Of a DNA stretch of 64,000 bases, positions 53,390 to 64,000 are shown in pieces; position 1 is the stretch's first letter; each line of letters starts with the position of its first letter. The notes under the pieces were generated by a model. The model ran no database searches, was not told where the DNA came from, and saw only the letters and a program-made list of their open reading frames with translations. The DNA is from Eledone cirrhosa (Eukaryota): assembly GCA_964016885.1 (NCBI GenBank), contig OZ024766.1:15314001-15378000 (forward strand). Reading direction: 5' to 3'. A program made the translations under genes and the position numbers.

Positions 53390-54478
53390 TTATTAGAAAT
53401 ATGGTAATGAAAGGGTTAATGACATAGACAGTGTCTTTCATTAGAAATATGGTAATGAAAGGGTTAATGACATAGACAGTGTCTTTCATTAGAAATAGAG
53501 TAATGAAGGGGTTAATAACATAGGTAGTGTCTTTAATTAGAAATATAATAATGAAGGGGTTAATGACATAGACAGTGTCTTTCATTGGAAATATGGTAAT
53601 TAAAGGGTTAATGACATATACAGTGTCTTTCATTAGAAATAGGGTAATGAAAGGGTTAATGACATAGACAGTGTCCTTCATTAGAAATATGGTAATGAAA
53701 GGGTTAATGACATAGACAGTGTCCTTCATTAGAAATATGGTAATGAAAGGGTTAATGACATAGACAGTGTCTTTCAGTAGAAATATGGTAATGAAAGGGT
53801 TAATGACATAGACAGTGTCTTTCACTAGAAATATGGTAATGAAAGGGTTAATGATATAGGTAGTGTCTTTCATTAGAAATATTGTAATGAAAGGGTTAAT
53901 GACATAGACAGTGTCTTTCATTAGAAATATGGTAATGAAGGGGTTAATGACATAGACAGTGTCTTTCACTAGGAATATGGTAATGAAAGGGTTAATGATA
54001 TTGACAGTGTCTTTCAGTAGAAATATGGTAATGAAAGGGTTAATGACATAGACAGTGTCTTTCACTAGAAATATGGTAATGAAAGGGTTAATGATATAGG
54101 TAGTGTCTTTCATTAGAAATATTGTAATGAAAGGGTTAATGACATATACAGTGTCTTTCATTAGAAATATGGTAATGAAAGGGTTAATGACATAGACAGT
54201 GTCTTTCACTAGAAATATGGTAATGAAAGGGTTAATGATATAGGTAGTGTCTTTCATTAGAAATATTGTAATGAAAGGGTTAATGACATAGACAGTGTCT
54301 TTCATTAGAAATATGGTAATGAAAGGGTTAATGACATAGACAGTGTCTTTCATTGGAAATATGGTAATTAAAGGGTTAATGACATATACAGTGTCTTTCA
54401 TTAGATATATGGTAATGAAAGGGTTAATGACATATACAGTGTCTTTCATTAGATATATGGTAATAGAAAGTTTAATTA
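53390..54478. repeat. 48-bp satellite array
   Basis: Source of the MKDTVYVINPFITIFL repeat ORF. Confidence 0.95.
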
Positions 54479-54491
54479 CTATACTACTTAA

Positions 54492-54629
54492 CTCTCTGAC
54501 AGTTGCTACCTTCATAACCAGCAGCACATCCTCCACTAGAACACACACCTGTCTGTTTGTTACATTTACTGTTGTCAGCACAGTGACATGTGTTGCCAAA
54601 GTTGGCTCCAAATTTACCTGATTTACAGA
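54492..54629 (-). pseudogene. Damaged EGF exon paralog (pseudo-exon)
   Basis: 138-bp copy of 49820-49957 with second Cys TGT>TTT (GANFGNT) and donor GT>TT (TTAAGT). Confidence 0.8.
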
Positions 54630-54737
54630 CTGGAAATAAAATATGAGAACAATGACAATTATAACAACATTTACACTATACAAGATAATAAATATCACAA
54701 TATTATATCATATATATTATAGTGTTGTCATCTATAC

Positions 54738-56370
54738 CAGAGGTCGGCATCCTTTTGGGGTGTGCGGGCCACATTGCTATGGAGTGTCACACAGGCAGGC
54801 CACATTGCTATGCAGTGTCTCACTGGCAGGCCACATTGTTGGGAAGTGTCTTGTCAGTTGCTCACATTGCTATACAGTGTCTTGTCAGCAGGCCACATAG
54901 CTATGTAGTGTCTTGTCAGCAGGCCACATTGCTATGGAGTGTCTTGTCAGCAGGCCACATTGCTATACAGTGTCTTGTCAGCAGGCCACATAGCTATGGA
55001 GTGTCTCACCAGCAGGCCACATAGCTATACAGTGTCTTGTCAGCAGGCCACATAGCTATGTAGTGTCTTGTCAGCAGGCCACATTGCTATGGAGTGTCTT
55101 GTCAGCAGGCCACATTGCTATACAGTGTCTTGTCAGCAGGCCACATAGCTATGGAGTGTCTCACCAGCAGGCCACGTAGCTATGCAGTGTCTTTTCAGCA
55201 GGCCACATAGCGATGGAGTGTCTTGTCAGCAGGCCACATTGCTATACAGTGTCTTGTCAGCAGGCCACATAGCTATACAGTGTCTTGTCAGCAGGCCACA
55301 TAGCTATGGAGTGTCTCACCAGCAGGCCACATTGCTATACAGTGTCTTTTCAGCAGGCCACATAGCGATGCAGTGTTTCAGCAGCAGGCCACATAGCTAT
55401 GCAGTGTCTTGTCAGCAGGCCACATAGCTATGGAGTGTCTTGTCAGCAGGTCACATAGCTATGCAGTGTCTCACCAGCAGGCCACATAGCTATGGAGTGT
55501 CTCACCAGCAGGCCACATTGCTATACAGTGTCTTGTCAGCAGGCCACATAGCGATGCAGTGTTTCAGCAGCAGGCCACATAGCTATGCAGTGTCTCACCA
55601 GCAGGCCACATAGCTATGTAGTGTCTTGTCAGCAGGCCACATAGCTATGGAGTGTCTCACCAGCAGGCCACATTGCTATGTAGTGTCTCGTCGGCAAGCC
55701 ACATTGCTATGTAGTGTCTCGTCAGCAAGTCACATAGCTATGTAGTGTCTCGTCAGCAGGCCATGATATCAAATAAGTAATGAGAACATATGTAAAAAGA
55801 ATGCAGTAATATAATAAAATACTCTGACATTTTTAATAAACTCTGACAAAGTCATGACACCTGGCAGTGTATTTAAACCAGGGTTGCCATTTGTTCATTG
55901 AACATATTTACTTCTAATAATACTGAACACTTTTAACATAGAAAAATAAATAAACATTGATTATTATCAAATACAGTCCCTTACAGATGTTTTGCTACCA
56001 GACAGTTAACTAAAATGAACAATTTTGAGGATGAAATGAAATAACTATGTCAGACATACTGACTTTTTTAGGTAAGTCTGGGTCATTTCACATCCCTGCC
56101 ATACAGATACTATGTATGTACATATATACACGAATACACACACACAGTCCCTTTGACCTCGATGTCTGACTATTCTATCTCTCTGAGTTTGATTGTTTCT
56201 TACTGTCACATTAAAACATTACGTTCAGTTAAGTGAGTCTTGTGGTTAGACGTGTTCTCTAGTTGGTATTTTAATCCCAAATAATTCGGAACAATTTTTA
56301 AGGGGATCGCTTAGTCTAAGATTAAAACCTGTCGGCAGGCCAGATGTGGCCAGGGATTTGATGACCCCTA
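54738..56370. mobile_element. Duplicate of the hAT element, with about 32 copies of the 31-bp satellite (54765-55765)
   Basis: Same ATCTATAC TSD and same flanks as 50066-53024. Confidence 0.82.
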
Positions 56371-56737
56371 ATCTATACTATAGTGATATCAACTATTTTA
56401 TATCTATATCATCTGTACTATATCCCTACAACCTATATTATATCTATAGCTATACTATATCTATTCCTCTATATTATATCTATTGAAGGCACAAGGATTA
56501 GTGGTAAGAGTGTCAGGCTTACAATCATAAAGTTGTGAGTTCGATGCCTGAATCTTGCTGTGTTTTGTGTTCTTGAACAAGTCACTTTATTTCATGTTGC
56601 TCAAGATACTCAGCTATAAAAATGAGTTGCGATGTCAAACTTTCAATAAGAACACACACCTGTCTCTAAGTTACACCTGCTGTTGTTTTGTTTCAATATA
56701 TTATGCTACAACAAAGTTATGCTACATCACTTACCTT

Positions 56738-58345
56738 ATTAGAAAAATGGTAATGAAAGGGTTAATGACATAGACAGTGTCTTTCATTAGAAATATGGTA
56801 ATGAAAGGGTTAATGACATAGACAGTGTCTTTCATTAGAAATATGGTAATGAAAGGGTTAATGACATAGACAGTGCCTTTCATTAGAAATATGGTAATGA
56901 AAGGGTTAATGACATAAACAGTGTCTTTCATTAGAAATATGGTAATGAAAGGGTTAATGACATAGACAGTGTCTTTCATTAGAAATATGGTAATGAAAGG
57001 GTTAATGACATAGACAGTGCCTTTCATTAGAAATATGGTAATGAAAGGGTTAATGACATAGACAGTGTTTTTCATTAGAAATATGGTAATGAAAGGGTTA
57101 ATGACATAGACAGTGTCTTTCATTAGAAATATGGTAATGAAAGGGTTAATGACATAGACAGTGTCTTTCATTAGAAATATGGTAATGAAAGGGTTAATGA
57201 CATATACAGTGTCCTTCATTAGAAATATGGTAATGAAAGGGTTAATGACATAGACAGTGTCTTTCATTAGAAATATGGTAATGAAAGGGTTAATGACATA
57301 GACAGTGTCTTTCATTAGATATATGGTAATGAAAGGGTTAATGACATAGAGTGTCTTTCATTAGAAATATGGTAATGAAAGGGTTAATGACATATACAGT
57401 GTCCTTCATTAGAAATATGGTAATGAAAGGGTTAATGACATAGACAGTGTCTTTCATTAGATATATGGTAATGAAAGGGTTAATGATATAGACAGTGTCT
57501 TTCATTAGAAATATGGTAATGAAAGGGTTAATGACATAGACAGTGTCTTTCATTAGAAATATGGTAATGAAAGGGTTAATGACATAGACAGTGGCTTTCA
57601 TTAGAAATATGGTAATGAAAGGGTTAATGACATATACAGTGTCTTTCATTAGAAATATGGTAATGAAAGGGTTAATGACATAGACAGTGTCTTTCATTAG
57701 ATATATGGTAATGAAAGGGTTAATGACATAGGCAGTGTCTTTCTTTAGAAATATGGTAATGAAAGGGTTAATGACATAGACAGTGTCTTTCATTAGAAAT
57801 ATGGTAATGAAAGGGTTAATGACATATACAGTGTCCTTCATTAGAAATATGGTAATGAAAGGGTTAATGACATAGACAGTGTCTTTCATTAGAAATATGG
57901 TAATGAAAGTGTTAATGACAGAGAGTGTCTTTCATTAGAAATATGGTAATGAAATGGTTAATGACATATACAGTATCTTTCATTAGAAATATGGTAATGA
58001 AAGGGTTAATGACATATACAGTGTCCTTCATTAGAAATATGGTAATGAAAGGGTTAATGACATAGACAGTGTCTTTCATTAGAAATATGGTAATGAAAGG
58101 GTTAATGACATAGAGTGTCTTTCATTAGAAATATGTAATGAAAGGGTTAATGACATATACAGTGTCCTTCATTAGAAATATGGTAATGAAAGGGTTAATG
58201 ACATATACAGTGTCCTTCATTAGAAATATGGTAATGAAAGGGTTAATGACATAGACAGTGTCTTTCATTAGAAATATGGTAATGAAAGGGTTAATGACAT
58301 ATACAGTGTCTTTCATTAGAAATATGGTAATAGGAAGTTTAATTA
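56738..58345. repeat. 48-bp satellite array (about 33 copies)
   Basis: Same unit as 53390-54478. Confidence 0.95.
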
Positions 58346-58358
58346 CTATACTACTTAC

Positions 58359-58437
58359 CTCTCTGACAGTTGCTACCTTCATAACCAGCAGCACATCCTC
58401 CACTAGAACATACACCTGTCTCTATGTTACACCTGAT
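58359..58437 (-). pseudogene. 3' half of an EGF exon (donor retained, 5' half and acceptor lost)
   Basis: Encodes CNIETGVCSSGGCAAGYEGSNCQR followed by GTAAGT. Other remnants at 48325-48405, 53303-53388, 56650-56735 and 60508-60560. Confidence 0.75.
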
Positions 58438-58618
58438 GTTGTTTTGTTTCAATATATTAAGCTACAGACTAAGCTATACTACACAACACACTTCATTGGA
58501 ACACACACCTGTCGCTGTGTTACATCTCGCTGTTTGTTACACCTCTCTGTATGTTACACCTGCTGTTGTCTTGACCCACTATATTAAGTTATAAACAAAG
58601 CTATACTACACCACTTAC

Positions 58619-58755
58619 CTGTCTGACAGTTGCTACCTTCATAACCAGCAGTACATCCTCCACTAGAACACACACCTGTCTGCTTGTTATATTTACTGTT
58701 GTCAACACAGTGGCATGTGTTGCCACATTGGCTCCAAATATACCATTTCTACAGA
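58619..58755 (-). pseudogene. Frameshifted EGF exon (137 bp)
   Basis: Splice sites intact, but a 1-bp deletion after CRNGIFGA (AACTGT>AATGT). Could be an assembly error. Confidence 0.75.
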
Positions 58756-58839
58756 CTGTGGAAATAAAAATATGAGAACAATGACAACAACAACAACATA
58801 TAACACTATACAAGATAATCATCATCCTCATCATTACCA

Positions 58840-59430
58840 TATAATGTCCATTTTCTATGCTAGCATGGGTTAGATATACTGTCCCATTGTGAGAAAAGTT
58901 GGGTCAGATGGCCATGTCTTGCTTATGCAGAACTGATTTGGGATTGGTTTTGATGGCTGGATGCCCTTCCAAATGCCAACCACTTTACAGTGTGGACAGG
59001 GCACTTTTTGTTGTGTCACCAACTTGACCACTTTACAATGAGAGCTGAGCACTTTTTGTTGTGGCATTATCACAACCATTTTACAGTGTGTGCTGGGCAC
59101 TTTTTGTTGTGGCACTATCACAAGCACTTTACAGTGTCGGCTGGGCATTTTTGTTGTGGCACTATCACAACCACTTTACAATGAGGGCTGGGCACATTTT
59201 GTGTCACCAACATGACCACTTTATAGTGTGGGCTGGGCATTTTCGTTGTGGCACTATCACAACCACTTTACAGTGTGGACTGGGGACTTGAGTGGGGCAG
59301 TTGCATGGGGATTGAGGAGGTAGATTTAGGGGCATGGGTGAGGGGTGGGGATTTAGTAGCTCACTGAACTTTCTTCAACCCATTCTCACACTGGCTATTG
59401 TGCTTTCAGAACACCTTCCTCCACTGCAAG
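58840..59430 (-). mobile_element. Old RTE 3' fragment with tandemly amplified UTR subrepeat
   Basis: GCTGGATGCCCTTCC motif, repeated ACCACTTTACAGTGTG units and an RT relic near 59355-59425. Confidence 0.65.
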
Positions 59431-59451
59431 TAACAGAAACTATGTACCACT

Positions 59452-59644
59452 TCTTCATAACCAGCACCACACCCTCTACTGTAACACACCTGTCTTACAG
59501 TTGCTATCTTCATAACCATCACCACACACTTCACTGGAACACACACCTGTCTCTGTGTTACATCTAGCTGTTTGTTACACCTGCTGTTGTTAGTACAGTG
59601 ACATGTGTGTTTACAGTTAGGTCCAAATTTACCTGTTTTACACC
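59452..59644 (-). pseudogene. Rearranged EGF pseudo-exon
   Basis: TTTTCAG|GCKTGKFGPNCKHTCHCTNNSRCNKQ, then an insertion/frameshift, a duplicated 3' half and no donor. Confidence 0.75.
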
Positions 59645-59807
59645 CTGAAAATAAAAATATGGAATGTTCTGCATGAGTATGCGGTCGAAGGACAGCTCCT
59701 TGCTCCGATAAATCATGTCACTTCTAACACATGTAGCATACATGTTTCCCTTCCATGTAATAACCCAATATATTAAGTTAGAAACAAAGCTATACTACAC
59801 CACTTAC

Positions 59808-59945
59808 CTGTCTGACAGTTGCTACCTTCATAACCAACAGCACATCCTCCACTAGAACACACACCTGTCTCTTTGTTACACCTGCTGTTATCAGCACAGT
59901 GTCATGTGTATTTACAGTTGGGTCCAAATTTACCTGTTTTACACA
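59808..59945 (-). pseudogene. EGF exon with an in-frame stop
   Basis: 138 bp with good splice sites; third Cys codon is TGA (CKTGKFGPNCKYT*HCADNSRCNKETG). Confidence 0.8.
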
Positions 59946-60038
59946 CTGTGGGTATAACATATGAGAACAATGACAATTATAGCAACATATAACACTATAC
60001 AAGATAATAAATATCATAATTATATCATCTATATATAT

Positions 60039-60325
60039 GGTGGCACATGGCTTAATGGTTAGAGCATTGGCCTTGCAATCGAAAGGTTGTGAGTTCTATT
60101 CACAGACCGGGTGATGTGTTGTTTCCTTGAGCAAGACACTTTATTTCACATTGCTCCAGTTTACTCAGCTGTAGAAAGTGGTCGTGGAGGTGCCAAAAAA
60201 GCACCCAGTACTCACTGAAAATAAGGTTGGTGTTAGGAAGGACATCCAGCTGTAGAAATCAAGCCAAAATCAGTTTCCGTCCCACCCTCGCAACCAGGGA
60301 AAAGTGGACGTAAAATGATGATGAG
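60039..60325 (+). mobile_element. SINE family 2
   Basis: Homologous to 47970-48300. Confidence 0.85.
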
Positions 60326-60608
60326 CCTAACCCATGCTGGTGTGGAAGATGGACGTTAAACGAAGATGATGATATTATAGTGTTGTCATCTATGATATAG
60401 TGATATCATCTATACTATATCTCTACAACCTATATGATATCTATATCATCTGTATTATATCTATATCATCTGTATTATATCTATATCATCTGTATTATAT
60501 CTATATCATCATAACCAGCATCACACCTGTCTCTGTCTGTTTTTTTACACCTGCTGTTGTTTTGTTTCATATATCAAGTTAGAAACAAATCTGTACTACA
60601 GTACTTAC

Positions 60609-60746
60609 CTGTTTGACAGTTGCTACCTTCATAACCAGCAGCACATCCTCCACCTGAACACACACCTGTCTCTTTGTTACACCTGCTGTTATCTGCGCAG
60701 TGACATGTGTATTTACAGTTGGCTCCAAATTTACCTGTTTTACAGA
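60609..60746 (-). CDS. Multi-EGF gene exon (intact; most 5' exon seen)
   Basis: TCAG|138 bp|GTAAGT; CKTGKFGANCKYTCHCADNSRCNKETGVCSGGGCAAGYEGSNCQT. Confidence 0.88.
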
Positions 60747-61125
60747 CTGAAAATAAAAATATGGAAGTCTAAATATATTTAATAATTCACATTAATTTCT
60801 GATATTTTCATATTTTACATGGTAGACATTATTTGAATTTTGAAAATGTGAGACCAGAGAAATTGCTTCATGTGACACTGTAAGAAAACATTAAAGAAAA
60901 CATTAAAAAAATGAAATGTATATCTTCTTCTTTATCATTAAGAATGTCAGCAGCAGCAGCACCACACACACACACACACATATATATATATACAGAGAGA
61001 GAGAGAGAGAAGAGAGAGAAGAGAGAGAAGAGAGAGAGAGTAGTTAATAATAAATACAAAGACCAAAATATAGAGAGGGCTCAATAAGATAAGAGTTTTA
61101 TGTATATATATATACATATATATGT

Positions 61126-61457
61126 ATCATCATCATCATCATTTTACGTCCACTTTTCCCTGGTTGCGAGGGTGGGACGGAAACTGATTCTGGTTTGATT
61201 TCTACAGCTGGATGCCCTTCCTAACACCAACCTCATTTACAGTGAGTGCTGGGGGCTTTTTTGCTGTGGCACCTCCACGACCACTTTGCAGTGGAATGAT
61301 AGGGACCGCAATCCCTATCATCTCATTTCTACAGCTGAGTAAACTGGAGCAATGTTAAATAAAGTGTCTTGCTCAAGGAAACAACACATCACCCGGTTTG
61401 AGAATTGAACTCACAGCCTTTCGATTGCAAGGCCAATGCTCTAACCACTAAGCCATA
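61126..61457 (-). mobile_element. SINE family 2, inverted copy
   Basis: Reverse complement of 47970-48300 and 60039-60325. Confidence 0.85.
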
Positions 61458-61546
61458 GAGAGAGAGAGAAGTGAGAGAGTAGTTAATAATAAATACAAAC
61501 ACCAAAATCTGGAGAGGGCTCAATAAGATAAGAGTTATATATATAT

Positions 61547-63955
61547 ATCATCATCATCATCAACGTTTAACGTCCGTGTTCCACGCTTGCATGGGTTTGG
61601 ACGGGAGTTTTCCCACTTGAGGCAAGAGTGGTTGTCTTGCTCGCATAGGACTGTCTGGCGGGTTTTCTATAGCTGGATGCCCTTCCTAACACCAACCACA
61701 TTTACAGTGTGGGGCTGGGAGGTTTTTACCGTGTTGCCTACACGGCCACATTACAGCGTGGACTGTGTTTTTTTGTCGTGACACCTACACGATCTCATTT
61801 GTTTCGGCCTGGATGTTGTGGCACCAACATAACTTTACATGGAAAGGGGCGGTGTGGATGGGGTGGGGGGTGGGACGGGGGTGAATTTTGTTAGATATGC
61901 CTACTGACTGTAGTAGGTTTTACTTTGTATTTAGGTAAGGCGGGTCTTCTCTATTACTGAGTACCGCCAAAGGTCTCGGTCCAGTGACATTGTCTTGGAG
62001 AGGTGTAAGTGTGTGAGGTCGGAATTTATCAGCTCGTCCCAGGTTTTTCTGGGTCTGCCTACTCCGTGGCTACCGTCTATCTTTATTGCCCTGCACTTTG
62101 TTATACAGCTGTCGTCTTTCATGCGCATCACGTGACCATACCAACGTAGCCTTCTCTCGAGTAAACAACATCTGATCCCTCTTATTTCTAATTTTTTCCT
62201 TAGTTCGTTTATGCTTTGCCGTTCACGTATATTACTATTACACATCCAGCGGAACATGCAAGCTTCGTTCCTCTCTAGTCTGCGTATATCCTCTACACAC
62301 AATGCCCAGGTCTCACTGCCATGCAACATTGCTGTTCGTATGCAGGCATTATACAACCTGCCTTTCATTTTTAGGGAGAACCCTTTAGCGGCTAATAGTG
62401 GTTGTAGCGGTTGTCTCCCTTGTTGTGACTCACAACCCCAATAGATTAACAACATCTAGACGGGAAGTAGAACCCTTTCTGTAACTTCTGGTCAGAACCC
62501 TATAAAACTAACAACTTTAAGTTCTCATTCTCTCATTTGTCTCGCGTTTGCCTGGCAATCAAAACGGTAACTACTAACTTTGCTTCATTCTATCATCTAT
62601 TACTTTGACATGTCAACTATACTGTTCTATATATATCCATAATTGTTAATTAAATATTATACACACAAACCATGTCTCCTTGTTACATTCATACAACCCA
62701 GTATCTACGCTATATGGTATAAGCTCTCTGAACTTTTTCCATCCAGTTCTGACTCTAGCTACTGTACTTACAGAGCACCCTCCCCCACTGCTGATTTTGT
62801 CACCCAGGTAACGGAAGCTGTCCACTATTTCTATAGAACCCTCTGCGCAATTGAAAGAGCTAGTATTCTGTGGGCACTTGCTGCTACTTATTGCACCAGA
62901 GCACCGGCCACATGTAAAATCTATGTTCTTAGTTAGCTTACCTGTGATCCCACTACATCTTTTATGCATCCATACTTTGCATTTGGGACATAAAATGGAG
63001 TTTCTACCTACGCCTTTCCTACACACTGAGCATGGCCACTTCCCGGAAGGGACCGCCGCCTTATTTTCTTTCTTACAAACTAGAACTTTAGTCTTAGCCA
63101 GGTTAATTTTAAGGCCTTTTGATTCTAGGTCATGTTTGGAATTTCTTCTCTAGCTCGGCCATTGATTCAGCTATGAGCGTTAGATCATCTGCGTATAGGA
63201 GTTCCCATCGGTAGCCGGTCTTGAACTCCTCTGTTATAGCCTGAAGGGCAATAATAAATAGTAGGGGGCTAAGAACAGAGCCTTGATGGACACCAACTTT
63301 TATGCTAAACTCTTCACTATATTCATTGTTAATTCTAACCTTGCTAACTGTTTCTTTATACATGGCTTGTATAGCTCTCACAAGCCATTCATTAACACCG
63401 AGTTTTCTAAGAGCCCACCATATAATGGAACGGGGAACTCTGTCGAAGGCTTTCTCCAAGTCGACAAAAGCTAAGTACAGGGGTTTACTTTTAGCTAGGT
63501 ACTTCTCCTGTAGTTGTCGTACAATGAAAAGAGCGTCTGTGGTACTTTTACCTGACACAAACCCGAACTGCATTTCATCTAGATCAATTCTCTCTCTGAT
63601 TAGTTGCGCTATTACTTTTTCTGTGACCTTCATGACCTTGTCGATTAATTTAATGCCTCTATAGTTACTCCTATCTAGGGCATCTCCTTTACCCTTGTAG
63701 CAGTTAATGATGATGCTGCTACGCCAGTCCTTCGGAACAACCTCATTCTGTATGATTTGGTTTACTATCCGGGTGACCATGGTGTGTCCCACCGTTCCAG
63801 AAGCTTTCAGCGTTTCAGCAACTATTTCTGAAGGCCCAGCCGCCTTACCCGTCTTCATGTTTTTGATTGCCTTACTTATTATACTACCTTCGACTAACAC
63901 TGCTGGTCCCTCTATTGGTTCGATGTGGGGGAGACTGTCTTTCTCCCATTTCTCC
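61547..63955 (-). mobile_element. RTE family B, 5'-truncated, interrupted by a solo LTR
   Basis: Highly similar to 23009-25115; stop codon at 63130-63132; (GAT)n tail next to (TA)n. Confidence 0.92.
62403..62714. mobile_element. Solo LTR (312 bp)
   Basis: TGGT TSD at 62399-62402 and 62715-62718; termini TGTAGCG...CGCTATA (CA>TA); internal TATAAAA and ATTAAA; empty site seen in the paralog at 23861-23880. Confidence 0.8.
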
Positions 63956-64000
63956 TTCTATAAAGGCCAGCAATTATTCCAGTGAATTACTGGTACTTTA

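Noticed and set aside
53385-57889. MKDTVYVINPFITIFL repeat proteins
   Set aside because: Translation of the 48-bp satellite; the leading part is an EGF exon read in the wrong frame.
59898-59908. TGA at a conserved Cys position read as selenocysteine
   Set aside because: No SECIS evidence, and neighbouring paralogs carry other inactivating lesions, so simple decay is more parsimonious.

Overview
Eukaryotic, AT-rich, very repeat-dense animal DNA. The SINE/LINE and microsatellite repertoire suggests a cephalopod (octopus-like) genome; this is inference. There are no operons, CRISPR arrays or structural RNA genes, and most long ORFs in the track are satellite artefacts. From about 29 to 61 kb the minus strand carries part of a multi-EGF (MEGF10/11, SCARF or Draper-like, laminin-type EGF) gene built from 138-bp phase-1/phase-1 exons. 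Nine exons are intact and at least five young paralogous exons are damaged (stop, frameshift, lost donor, half-exons), produced by tandem duplication of exon+intron modules. Many introns carry their own minisatellite right next to a splice site, and three of these satellites can be traced to their source: the exon itself, a hAT MITE subterminus and a TTAA-element terminus. The remaining DNA is a nest of mobile elements. These include a decayed Rep/PIF1 Helitron joined head-to-tail to a short derivative, and two RTE LINE families with a PHD-like C4HC3 finger inside the RT (one copy has an intact 1039-aa ORF). There is also a GC-rich decayed RTE-1-like LINE, a truncated Penelope RT, CR1 3' ends, tRNA-derived SINEs, MITEs and a solo LTR.
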